From positions 35,623 to 99,622 of the forward strand of contig JAJDBB010000096.1 of the NCBI GenBank assembly GCA_029261555.1: a stretch of 64,000 nucleotides of DNA, read 5' to 3'. Positions within the stretch are counted from its first letter, which is position 1; each line of letters begins with the position of its first letter. A program made the position numbers and the translations under genes. The notes beneath the pieces were generated by a model. That model worked only from the letters and a program-made list of their open reading frames with translations. It was not told where the DNA came from and searched no databases. The DNA comes from Nitrospinaceae bacterium. GTDB lineage: Bacteria; Nitrospinota; Nitrospinia; Nitrospinales; JACRGP01. This document shows positions 55,491 to 64,000 of this stretch, piece after piece.

Positions 55491-57881
55491 ATGGCCAAAA
55501 CTTCGTCCGGAAAATTAAGAGGCCTCAAGGGCAAGCTGATCAGGATCATGATTCTGGTGGGAGTGCTTCCTTTGATATTGGCCATGGTCATTTCCTATGG
55601 CCAGGGAAACAAATCCCTGAAAAATGTGATTGGCACCAGTTTCCAGGCGCTGGCCTACGAAACATCCACCAAACTGGATATCCTGATCCGGGACGCCGTT
55701 CGGGAAAGCCGCCGTCTGTCAAACCATCCCACCGTTTACCTTTCTGTAAAACGGTTTAGCGGCGCCCGAATTCAATTGGATGAATCCGCCCGGCTTGCAA
55801 GGGAGGCCAAGCTTTGGGAGAGCAGAAACCCAGAGATGGAATCCCTGTTAAAAAACGCGGGCAGTCGAATCCTTCAAGGGTTTCTGAGTCATGAAACCAA
55901 TTCCAATAAAGCGACCAAAGCCCTCTATATTACTAATGCGGAGGGGGTATTACACGCCAGCATAAATTTCAAGCCCAAGTACCTTAACAAGGACCTGGCC
56001 TCCTGGCGGGCAATCATAAACGGCGATAAAAATTCCGTTTTTATAGGGCCTATCTACTGGGACCCAGTCTCCGAAGTTTACGTATTTGAAATGGCTTTTC
56101 CCGTGAAGGATCGAGAGGGAAAAACCATAGGCGTTTTTCACCGGATTTACTCGGCCAAAGATTTTTTTTCGTCCTCCATTGAATCCATCGTATTTGGTGA
56201 AACCGGACATGTAATGTTGATCAACGCCAAGGGAGTGGTGGTCGACTGTCCCATTTTGCCCACTGGATTCCAACTGGCCGATCCGAACCTGGTGCGTAGC
56301 GTCACTGGTCCCGAACAGGCCTGGGTGCAAACGCAAACCGACGGGCATGGAGGCGACGATCTTTCCATAATTGGGTTTTCTCCGCTGGAGACGTCCAATT
56401 CTTTTATTCAGGCCTCCGGGGCCGAGGCCTGGTACACCTTTGCCTGGCAATCTTCGGACGAAGTGCTGGCGCCCGCTCGCACCTTGTTCCTCTGGGCCTC
56501 GTCCGCTGGAGTGCTTTCCATCATTTTGATTGTCGTTATGGGATCCATGGCTTCGAACAAGGTCGTTCAACCCGTTCTGGAGATTCAAAAAACCACCGGC
56601 AGAATCGGGCGCGGGGAAAACGTGGAACCGCTCGCCATACAAACCGGGGATGAAATTGAGGCCTTGGCAAACGAAATCAATTCCATGAACGAACTACTTC
56701 AAAAGGCCTTTTCCGGATTGGAAACCAAGGTGGAGGAAAAGACCAAGGAAGCCCTGTACTTTAAGGAATATACCGAGCAGATCCTGATGAGCGTTCCGGA
56801 CCCTATTTTGATTTTCGACGAAAACCAGAAAATCGAATACGTCAACAAGGCCTTCGAGATCCTGGAAGGTTTTGAATACCATGAGTTGGCGGGCAAGAGT
56901 TTGGGCGAGGCCAAACTCAAGGACGAAAAACAATGGGACCAAATCTTGCAGGAACTGAAGAGTTTCACTCTCGGAGAAAAAGCCCAGGATCAACCTGCGC
57001 CGGAGAGCAAGGGCCGGGCGGAATACAAGGCCAGGGATCCTTTGGCCCCGAAACAACCGGCGGGCGATTCACAACCGAAATCGATAGTGACGCTACGCGA
57101 CCGGGTTTTTGTTTATCGGTTTTTCGACGTGGTGACGGAGGTCGAGAAAAGCGGCCAAGTCGGTCTTTTTTTGAAGGAAATCACCGAGATCAAGGCCCTG
57201 CAGGACCAGTTGGGCATGACGGAAAAGATATCCAGCCTGGGGCGGCTCTCCGCCGGCATCGCGCATGAGATAAACAACCCTCTGTTTTCAATTTCGGGAT
57301 TTACCGAGGCGATCGTCGACGAAACCGATCCCGAAAAAATTCAAAAATATGCGAAAAAAATCCTGAAAAATTCAAGACACATTGCCGCTATTGTGCAAAA
57401 TATGTCCGGATACGTCCGCGATAACAAAGACAGCATTCAGGAAGTCAACGTCAATGAAAGGCTGGAAGGCGCGCTGGAAATTGCGTTGACGGCGTCTTAT
57501 TCCGACGACGTTGAGTTGCAAAAATCTTGCTCCGACCTCCCCTTGATAAAAGCCAAGCCGGAGGAAATCCAGCAAATTTTCGTCAACATCATGACCAACG
57601 CCGTTCAGGCCATGGACGGCAAAGGCAAGCTCTCAATTTCATCGGTTCATGCAAACAATTTAATCGTCGTTAAAATCCAGGATAACGGCCCAGGCATTCC
57701 TCCGGACTATCTTTCCAAAGTGTTCGATCCTTTTTTTACCACCAAGGAGCAGGGAAAGGGAACGGGCCTGGGGTTGAATATCGTTCACCGCATGGTGTTA
57801 AAATACGGGGGCGAAATTCATATCGATTCAAAAGTGGGGGAGGGGGCGCTATTCACCGTGACCCTCCCCGTTTCAACATAG
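55491..57881 (+). CDS. Membrane sensor histidine kinase (periplasmic Cache-like domain, HAMP, PAS, HisKA, HATPase)
   Basis: ATG 55491 follows GGAG. Two TM segments flank a ~300-aa extracytoplasmic region. The HAMP-like segment is followed by H-box SAGIAHEINNPL and the motifs DNGPGIP and GTGLGLNIV. Confidence 0.85.
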   Translation: MAKTSSGKLRGLKGKLIRIMILVGVLPLILAMVISYGQGNKSLKNVIGTSFQALAYETSTKLDILIRDAVRESRRLSNHPTVYLSVKRFSGARIQLDESARLAREAKLWESRNPEMESLLKNAGSRILQGFLSHETNSNKATKALYITNAEGVLHASINFKPKYLNKDLASWRAIINGDKNSVFIGPIYWDPVSEVYVFEMAFPVKDREGKTIGVFHRIYSAKDFFSSSIESIVFGETGHVMLINAKGVVVDCPILPTGFQLADPNLVRSVTGPEQAWVQTQTDGHGGDDLSIIGFSPLETSNSFIQASGAEAWYTFAWQSSDEVLAPARTLFLWASSAGVLSIILIVVMGSMASNKVVQPVLEIQKTTGRIGRGENVEPLAIQTGDEIEALANEINSMNELLQKAFSGLETKVEEKTKEALYFKEYTEQILMSVPDPILIFDENQKIEYVNKAFEILEGFEYHELAGKSLGEAKLKDEKQWDQILQELKSFTLGEKAQDQPAPESKGRAEYKARDPLAPKQPAGDSQPKSIVTLRDRVFVYRFFDVVTEVEKSGQVGLFLKEITEIKALQDQLGMTEKISSLGRLSAGIAHEINNPLFSISGFTEAIVDETDPEKIQKYAKKILKNSRHIAAIVQNMSGYVRDNKDSIQEVNVNERLEGALEIALTASYSDDVELQKSCSDLPLIKAKPEEIQQIFVNIMTNAVQAMDGKGKLSISSVHANNLIVVKIQDNGPGIPPDYLSKVFDPFFTTKEQGKGTGLGLNIVHRMVLKYGGEIHIDSKVGEGALFTVTLPVST

Positions 57882-57921
57882 CGTTTCGTCCCCCGCCCCA
57901 AACTGTTTCCGGCTCGCCATC

Positions 57922-58674
57922 CTAACCGCCCACTCCCATTTCCATGGGCGTAAGCAATAGCGACCAATTCTCTTTTTCCCAGTTTTTCGCTTCAAGATAA
58001 TTCGCGAACTCTTTTTCTTTCCGCTTGAATTCGGAATGGTGAGCGTATTGCCTTCCATTGCGTTTTACGGGCGGTGCGTACTGATGACACATTTCGTGGT
58101 AAACCGTCAGTTCCAAAACGGAAAGCGGGACAAACGACTGGTTCAGCCTGGGGTTGATGCGTATCACCCGTTTTTTTGAATCGTAAGATCCGAAACGGAA
58201 GGATCTGCGATTCGGCCCTTTTCTATTTTTTCCCCACCTGATGGTTGCCTCGATATCGCCTCCAAAATACTCCCGGTTCAATCGGTCAAAAATGTTCGCA
58301 AGTTGGGGAGTTTCCTTGTTATCATAATTTTGCGGAAGACGAATCTTATCCGTGCGGACTGGGGTTAGTGCGCTCCGGAAGGTTTTTAAAACTCCGGCAA
58401 CCGGTCCCGGCAAATTGTTTCGCTTTTGAAGTTGGTCCAGGAGGTTTTGAATGATGGCTCGTTCCAGAACTTCCCTGGAGGTATTAAAGCAGTCAAAATA
58501 ATTTTCGTTGAACATTTCAAGCGATACGGCGTGAGGAGACGTCTGAATTCCCAACTGTCCCAGGAATTCTGCGCTCGCGGTCTTGACCTTAAAGACGGCA
58601 GAATAACCCGGCGTCGAACCGTTCGCTTCGCGCATTTTGCCGACGCTAATTTTTCCTGGGGATTCGTTTTTCAT
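57922..58674 (-). CDS. SprT-like/DUF45-type zinc metalloprotease-like protein
   Basis: HExxH motif in LTVYHEMCHQY, followed by HHSEFKRKEKEF, as in SprT-like domains. Confidence 0.55.
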   Translation of the reverse strand: MKNESPGKISVGKMREANGSTPGYSAVFKVKTASAEFLGQLGIQTSPHAVSLEMFNENYFDCFNTSREVLERAIIQNLLDQLQKRNNLPGPVAGVLKTFRSALTPVRTDKIRLPQNYDNKETPQLANIFDRLNREYFGGDIEATIRWGKNRKGPNRRSFRFGSYDSKKRVIRINPRLNQSFVPLSVLELTVYHEMCHQYAPPVKRNGRQYAHHSEFKRKEKEFANYLEAKNWEKENWSLLLTPMEMGVGG

Positions 58675-58820
58675 TGAAACACCTCGCTGGGGAGGCCTCT
58701 AGAGGCAGATAGTGTAACGTTTAAAGGGAATGGTTCAATTACTGGAGAGTGTGCAACCGTTACTTTTCCGCCAGCGGTACGTCGACCACAGTGAACATTG
58801 ATAAACACGGGAAAAAATTT

Positions 58821-58901
58821 TGGCAGTGGTCGACCGATAGTTGTCAGTTTAAGGAAAAATATTTCATCTTCAACCACTGGGTCCAGCGTCACGCTGGCCG
58901 G
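58821..58901. repeat. Rearranged partial copy of the 35.1-kb repeat unit
   Basis: The reverse complement of 58821-58864 aligns with unit 2 of the tandem repeat. It shares TTTTCCTTAAACTGACAACT and CACTGCCA, about 36 of 44 nt by manual alignment. The hairpin CCAGCGTCACGCTGGCCGG at 58883-58901 is in direct orientation. Confidence 0.7.
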
Positions 58902-58939
58902 CAATTCTTTCGCCCCCAGGGGTAACCAGGGTCGTTTTC

Positions 58940-59146
58940 ATGGCGTTCGTAAATATATCTTTGCTGGGCTTGGCGGTCTGCGCCGCCGTCTTTTTTTTCT
59001 ATCTGATTAAGGTCGTCAAATTTGAAAAAGAGGACGTGGAAAACGAGGGCCAGCGCCTGTCCCAATATGTCGGCAAAAAGGAATCGATCAAATTGGACAA
59101 AAAATTAAAGTCCGTTCCCAAGCTTGGCGATCAACAACGCAAATAA
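58940..59146 (+). CDS. Possible small membrane protein (68 aa)
   Basis: One TM helix (ISLLGLAVCAAVFFFYLI) and a charged tail. There is no convincing RBS. Confidence 0.25.
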   Translation: MAFVNISLLGLAVCAAVFFFYLIKVVKFEKEDVENEGQRLSQYVGKKESIKLDKKLKSVPKLGDQQRK

Positions 59147-59310
59147 AAATTTGATCGGGGTTTGTAACGCTGTATATCCAGAGCCTATGACTCAACTCCC
59201 CTCAATCAGTTCCGTCTGGCTTTTAATGTTCGATCAGGAAGACAATCCTCTTTTGGCGAGAGGCAAATTCATTGACGCCTGCGGGCAAACGCAAAAAATT
59301 GGCGGCGAAA

Positions 59311-60111
59311 ATGAAATTTGAAAATAACTTCTCTCCGACGTCCCAAGGCGTCCCTATCCTTTGCTATCATAATGTATCCGACACAAAGTATAAAAACTAT
59401 TCGCTGTATACGCTTCCGGTAAAAAGGTTCAAAACCCAGATACGCTGGCTGAGACGCCTTGGGTATAGCGCCGTCTCGCTCGACGCCCTTTACGAACATC
59501 TTGCCAACGGAAAACCCCTTCCGCTCAAAGCGGTGGTTATAACGTTTGACGACGGTTATCGAGATCTGCAAACCACAACGATCCCCTGGCTCGCCAAAAT
59601 GGAGCTGGCTCACACCTTGTTCCTCAACTCGGGAAAAATGGGGGGAACCACGGGCTGGATACCGCGAGCGCCGGATATTTCTATATTGAGCGCGGAAGAG
59701 GTGAAAGGAATAGATCGGCTCCACGGCGACTGGGTAGATTTTCAGGCGCATGGAAGAAATCATCTCGCTCTCAGGAACCAGACGCCCGAAACTGTGCGAA
59801 AAGAAGTGATGGAGGACGTCCAATCGTTGGAGTCGATTTTAAACCGTCCAGTTTCCTATCTGGCGTATCCATTTGGGTATTACGACGCCAATACAGTTGA
59901 GAGCGTCGTAAAAACTCCTTTGCGGGCGGCTTTTACTGTCGACCAGGGCTTGTGCCGAAGAGGACAAAACCTGCACAGTCTCCCCCGGGTGGAAATTTTG
60001 GGCAACGACTGGTTCATTGATTTCATAATGAAGCTGGTTTTTGGATGGAGTCCAATCGCAAAACTGAGAACTTTTTTGAAATTGACCTGGGTAAAGCTTC
60101 GTTCAGGCTAA
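59311..60111 (+). CDS. Polysaccharide deacetylase (NodB/CE4 family)
   Basis: ATG 59311. ILCYHNV, VVITFDDGYRDL, QAHGRNH and LAYPFGYYD. Confidence 0.85.
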   Translation: MKFENNFSPTSQGVPILCYHNVSDTKYKNYSLYTLPVKRFKTQIRWLRRLGYSAVSLDALYEHLANGKPLPLKAVVITFDDGYRDLQTTTIPWLAKMELAHTLFLNSGKMGGTTGWIPRAPDISILSAEEVKGIDRLHGDWVDFQAHGRNHLALRNQTPETVRKEVMEDVQSLESILNRPVSYLAYPFGYYDANTVESVVKTPLRAAFTVDQGLCRRGQNLHSLPRVEILGNDWFIDFIMKLVFGWSPIAKLRTFLKLTWVKLRSG

Positions 60112-60459
60112 AAGCGGTCTCAAAATTGGAGGCGGCAGAAGATTGGCTAAAAAATAGTTTTGTATATCGGGAGAGCTTGGTTAAAATTCTGAAGATTGCG
60201 GGAGAATGCCTTGAGTTTGTGGGAAAAACCGGCTAAAACCCCCCGGCCAGTCCCCTACAAATCGATTGAAAATTCCCCGGTTGGAGGTAAAACTTAAGGT
60301 GGATATATTTTTTACTGTTAATTAGGTTTATTTGCCTTATACTAATTGATAAAGCGTAAGTATATAAGGAGTTATCTATAACTCCGTGACGAAAAAAAAT
60401 GATTTTGTCCCGGATTGACACTTGAGTTTTATCTAAATAAAGGACGCCTTGAAATTTTG

Positions 60460-60936
60460 ATGCCCCGACAATACAGTTTGAGAATTAAACCGGAAAGCGG
60501 TTTTACACTGGTAGAGATTCTCACCGTTATCGCCATCATAGGGATTGTCGTGGTCCAGGCGGTTCCTATGGTGTCAACCTGGCTGGATAAAAACCGTTTA
60601 GATGGGATTGCCCGGAGAATCACCAACGATTTACACTATTGTCGCCAACACGCCATATCGGAAAACAAGTATTATGTTGTCGACTTTACCGGTTCTGATC
60701 CCATCACCTATTCTGTTAAATCCGGCGACGTCCTGGGAACTTATCCAACGACTATCAAAAGCGAAACTCTTGACGACAGCAAGAAATTTGTGACGTTCAC
60801 GAATTCCAGCGATCCGGTGTTTAATTACCGCGGAATGAGCATTACCACAACCACACTGGTCATCACCAATGTCAACGGCAGTACAAGGACAATAACCATT
60901 AATCTTGGCGGGAAAATTTCAACAGCGAAATCGTGA
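60460..60936 (+). CDS. fimT: Type IV minor pilin, GspH/FimT family
   Basis: The prepilin motif is G|FTLVEILTVIAIIGIVV, followed by LDGIARRITNDLHYCRQHAISEN. Confidence 0.75.
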   Translation: MPRQYSLRIKPESGFTLVEILTVIAIIGIVVVQAVPMVSTWLDKNRLDGIARRITNDLHYCRQHAISENKYYVVDFTGSDPITYSVKSGDVLGTYPTTIKSETLDDSKKFVTFTNSSDPVFNYRGMSITTTTLVITNVNGSTRTITINLGGKISTAKS

Positions 60937-61051
60937 CGGTAATTTCCTGTTTGTTCCGGAATTGGCGTCTGAAGGGGCGGAAATGCAAAAGCCGAGAGAA
61001 TATTTTATGAGAGTATATGAAAAAAGGCACATAAATTGCTTTTTTAGCTCT

Positions 61052-61423
61052 ATGAAACTTCGAGACGAAAAAGGATTCAGTCTTATAGAAGTGTTGGTGA
61101 CCATTGTTTTGGTCTCCGTCACCCTTTCAGCCCTTGCGACTCTCTCCGCCAGCATCATCCGGGGAAGCCAGCAATCCCAGCATGTGACGGGTTCTATAAC
61201 GCTGATGCAGGATAAAATCGAGGAGTTTAAAAATACTGCCTATGCCAGCATTGCCACCGGTTACGAAACAGGGATCAAGATGGACGGCACGGCGGGCGGG
61301 CCTTATGGTCGCGCCTGGACCATTACCACGGTAGGCGACGCGAAGCAGGTGGACGTCACCGTTACCTGGCCGTTCAATGGGGTTACCAGAACGCGGACCA
61401 TGACCACCATCATTGGCCAATAA
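61052..61423 (+). CDS. pilV: Type IV minor pilin PilV-like
   Basis: ATG 61052: MKLRDEKG|FSLIEVLVTIVLVSV. It has the small size and position typical of pilV. Confidence 0.75.
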   Translation: MKLRDEKGFSLIEVLVTIVLVSVTLSALATLSASIIRGSQQSQHVTGSITLMQDKIEEFKNTAYASIATGYETGIKMDGTAGGPYGRAWTITTVGDAKQVDVTVTWPFNGVTRTRTMTTIIGQ

Positions 61424-62304
61424 TGAAATCATTTGATATGCGCGGTTTCCTCAAAAGAAACAGGCTTAATGAGACTGCGGGTTTTACCCTGATTGAGTTG
61501 ATGATTGCCATGGTCATTGGCCTGGCGGTCATAGCCTCGCTTTATCAATCGTATATTTTCATGAGCGACCTGAACAGAAAGCAAGGCGGTAAGGTCGACG
61601 CAATTCAAAATGCCAGAAACGCAATGGACATTCTCACTCGCGACTTGCGAATGATCGGATCAGGTGCCCCCGATTCGGTGTCCGCTAAAATCACTGCAGC
61701 GGATGATAAATCCATCACTTACCTGGCAAACTTCTGGAATATATCGACCGAGCTTTCGGCCCGGGCATCAAACGGCGATGGAACTTTAACTGTGGTTAGT
61801 TCATCGGGGTTCATAGACGGGCAGAATATCTATATTTGTAACGACAGTGGCGCTTCCGCCGTGATCCTGCTGGATAACGATCCAACAGACGGAACCACAA
61901 TCGACTTGCCTGCCAATTTGGGAGCCAATTACTCCAATGGATGCCCTGTCAACGTGGTCGACACTGTAACTTATGAATATGAGGGTAGTCCCAATGAAAT
62001 CAAGCGCACCCTGACTCCGGTCAATACTTTGAATTCTGGTAACAAAGAAGTCCTGGCGGATAATATTGATTATGTCCAGTTTAATTATTTCGACAGTTCG
62101 GGAACCGAAATCGGCACGGTGGGCACAGCGTTGACCGCCGGTGAAATATCGAGTATTCAGAGAATTAAGGTGTTAGTCGTCGGGCTCTCACCAGACGAGG
62201 ACGGTCCAATAGTCACCACCACCTATGGCGATGCATCGACCTCAACCGACGGAAAATCCCGAATCTATCTGGAATCCGATATCAAATTACGTAACGTTAG
62301 TTAG
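61423..62304 (+). CDS. pilW: Type IV minor pilin PilW-like
   Basis: AG|FTLIELMIAMVIGLAVIA...NARNAMDILTRDLRMIG. The start overlaps the pilV stop. Confidence 0.75.
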   Translation: MKSFDMRGFLKRNRLNETAGFTLIELMIAMVIGLAVIASLYQSYIFMSDLNRKQGGKVDAIQNARNAMDILTRDLRMIGSGAPDSVSAKITAADDKSITYLANFWNISTELSARASNGDGTLTVVSSSGFIDGQNIYICNDSGASAVILLDNDPTDGTTIDLPANLGANYSNGCPVNVVDTVTYEYEGSPNEIKRTLTPVNTLNSGNKEVLADNIDYVQFNYFDSSGTEIGTVGTALTAGEISSIQRIKVLVVGLSPDEDGPIVTTTYGDASTSTDGKSRIYLESDIKLRNVS

Positions 62305-62308
62305 CCAC

Positions 62309-63463
62309 ATGATTAAAAAAATGCACAATAATTCTTGCCAGAAACAGATTCCCAATAAGGTTTCTCGAATCATGCAAAAAATATTTATAAATCGCCTGTC
62401 GAATTCAAAGGGAATGGTTTTGATAACCGCCCTGTTGCTGACGGCTGTTTTAATGGTCATGGCCACCTACATGATGCAAAGCATGGGCACGGAAACCATG
62501 ATTGCGGGTAGTTACGAGGTCAACACCAAGTCGTTGTACATCGCCGAAGGCGGGTTGGAAGTGATCAAGTCCGAACTCAAAACCAATCAGACGGATTCTT
62601 TCGCTTATGTGACCTATTCGGCGGGAAACACCCAGGAATATATAGTGAACGACGGGGCCGCCTATCCAATGACCACGGTCACGAATCCCGTTAATTATGT
62701 TGGCATAGGGAACGGTTGGTATATTACTAAAAACGCCACCACCCTGGCGTTGACCAATGCGTTGACCCTTCTCAACGCGCAATGGCCAATTTACAAGTCG
62801 GTTGCCGTCGGGAGCGACGCCGCGGTCGTTGAAATTCAAAGACCACGGTGGTTCAGTTCCAGTCCGACGCAGATTCAGATTCCCATGGCTTCGACCACCA
62901 ATAATGTCGCCAACACGAATTTACTGCCCAAGTCCGTCGCCAGCAACCTGGACTTGGAATTTGACAATAACTTATTGGTTTTTCAAACCTTCCGGGACCC
63001 GGCGGACGATACTACCCTGATGGATAATATCGCAAATGATGAAGTGGTCATTGGCTTGAACGCCACTGAAGATCATTATGGGACGGAGGACGATTACGGA
63101 ATCTATGACGCCAACGCGGCAATCTCCGGTATTGCTTCGTTTCCAAAAAATACCGGGCGAACGCTCATCCTTCGTAAATGCGCCTCGGGAAATTATGGCG
63201 CTTTTGATTGCGACACTACCAGTACTCTTCCTTATATCATTCCGGACATAAATGGCACCAACCTGACCTTCCTGGCCGGATTGATTGGGGGCGTTTATTA
63301 CGGCAAGGTTTATACAGACCCGTCGGCCACTCCCAGCGATCTCACGGACGACGTCTGCGATGATCTGGCCGTCGGAAATATTGGGAGTCTGGTTGAGACT
63401 ACACGCTATAAAATTGAATACCTGTCCACTTCCGTATTGGTGAGTGGTTGCGATAACGATTGA
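62309..63463 (+). CDS. pilX: PilX-like pilus assembly protein (PilX N-terminal domain)
   Basis: GMVLITALLLTAVLMVMATYMMQSMGTETMIAGSYEVNTKSLYIAEGGLE. The start is uncertain: ATG 62309 was chosen and downstream ATGs are possible. Confidence 0.65.
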   Translation: MIKKMHNNSCQKQIPNKVSRIMQKIFINRLSNSKGMVLITALLLTAVLMVMATYMMQSMGTETMIAGSYEVNTKSLYIAEGGLEVIKSELKTNQTDSFAYVTYSAGNTQEYIVNDGAAYPMTTVTNPVNYVGIGNGWYITKNATTLALTNALTLLNAQWPIYKSVAVGSDAAVVEIQRPRWFSSSPTQIQIPMASTTNNVANTNLLPKSVASNLDLEFDNNLLVFQTFRDPADDTTLMDNIANDEVVIGLNATEDHYGTEDDYGIYDANAAISGIASFPKNTGRTLILRKCASGNYGAFDCDTTSTLPYIIPDINGTNLTFLAGLIGGVYYGKVYTDPSATPSDLTDDVCDDLAVGNIGSLVETTRYKIEYLSTSVLVSGCDND

Positions 63464-63638
63464 TTTTGGGTGTGGGCCTATAAAGCTCTAAAAAAGGCAC
63501 AAAAATTGCTACTTAAGTATTGATGATTGCTATTTATCAAAATTGAGACGCGGGGAAGGAAATAGAGCTTTTTTAAAGATCAATAATAAAATTAGCTGGT
63601 CCTTGAGATTTTGTCTCACAACGTAAGGAGGATACACC

Positions 63639-63953
63639 ATGAGTAAAAAAACATTTAAAACATTCATTGCTTTTTCGTTGGTAGCCGTTCTTGGATTCGT
63701 GTTCATGAATGTCGTTGGAACGCCGAGCAGCATCGCCGGTTCCAGCAAGGTGACCATTTGCCATAAGGTAGGCGGAGCCGAAGTCACCTTGAACGTAGCC
63801 GACGACGGCGCCGCTGGCGGGCATATCCCGAATCACACCGGCGACAGTTTTGGCCCCTGTGCCACCGATTCCGGTTCCAACGTTAACACCAACAGCAGCG
63901 CTTTTGGATTTGGCGACCCCTCCACCCGGATGAAAGATTACCGGGAGGAATAA
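63639..63953 (+). CDS. Small secreted hypothetical protein (ICH...H..H.GD..G.C motif)
   Basis: RBS AAGGAGG and a signal/anchor (FIAFSLVAVLGFVFMNVV). The core reads KVTICHKVGGAEVTLNVADDGAAGGHIPNHTGDSFGPC. Confidence 0.55.
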   Translation: MSKKTFKTFIAFSLVAVLGFVFMNVVGTPSSIAGSSKVTICHKVGGAEVTLNVADDGAAGGHIPNHTGDSFGPCATDSGSNVNTNSSAFGFGDPSTRMKDYREE

Positions 63954-63991
63954 TCTAGAAGAGTTTAACCTAATTAATTGGAGGAAACACC

Positions 63992-64000
63992 ATGAGTAAA
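63992..64000 (+). CDS. Start of a probable paralogue of 63639-63953 (cut by window end)
   Basis: GGAGGAAACACCATGAGTAAA repeats the GGAGGATACACCATGAGTAAA translation-initiation region of the preceding gene. Confidence 0.3.

Noticed and set aside
60045-60421. Two small ORFs (63 aa plus strand, 62 aa minus strand) between the deacetylase and the pilin operon
   Set aside because: They have no RBS and no recognisable family, and the region is AT-rich and likely a promoter. They are treated as non-coding.
1-64000. Search for rRNA, tRNA, CRISPR arrays, transposases, integrases, phage or classical defence genes (restriction-modification, toxin-antitoxin, Cas)
   Set aside because: None was recognised by eye in any intergenic region or ORF translation. 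A tRNAscan-SE, Infernal or PADLOC/DefenseFinder run would be needed to exclude them formally.

Overview
This is a 64-kb, densely coding chromosomal segment from a diderm (Gram-negative-type) bacterium. The lineage cannot be assigned from the sequence alone. I recognise about 70 protein genes. By eye I found no rRNA, tRNA, CRISPR array, transposase, integrase or prophage genes.

Layout:
- 0-6.3 kb: a complete but unusually ordered System I cytochrome c maturation locus, ccmE-F-H-(I-like)-A-B-D-C-G. CcmE carries CxxxY instead of HxxxY. ccmD (49 aa) is absent from the ORF track.
- 6.3-25.4 kb: mostly housekeeping genes. These include two SlyD-type FKBPs, xth, an M16C peptidase, tpx, mutS2, trmL, rlmM, a GAF/NarL-type two-component pair and a TPR-AAA+ ATPase.
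- 26.0-35.1 kb, minus strand: an uncharacterised modification-type cluster. It holds a polytopic membrane protein, a B12-binding radical SAM enzyme with CX4CX2C, a TPR protein, a MidA/DUF185-like methyltransferase, a SPASM/twitch-like radical SAM enzyme with CX7CX2C, and a 516-aa pentapeptide-repeat protein.
- 35.13-35.38 kb: a 119/126-bp tandem repeat in the divergent intergenic region. Partial copies sit in other intergenic regions.
- 35.5-46.5 kb, plus strand: a 16-gene block. It contains NHL, TPR and RI-type LRR proteins and a tandem array of eight DUF1566 (Lcl C-terminal-like) paralogues with nine domains. Seven of the eight have no export signal. A monothiol glutaredoxin-like gene interrupts the array, and four unrelated proteins carry poly-acidic N-terminal tails.
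- 46.7-51.5 kb: serA, a class V aminotransferase, proC and yggS.
- 51.5-57.9 kb: a signalling island of three histidine kinases and two single-domain response regulators, partly duplicated.
- 57.9-64.0 kb: an SprT-like protease, a polysaccharide deacetylase, a fimT/pilV/pilW/pilX-type minor pilin operon and small secreted paralogues.

The two candidates for an undescribed system are the DUF1566/repeat-protein block and the dual radical SAM cluster. All functional calls rest on motif recognition by eye. No database search was run.
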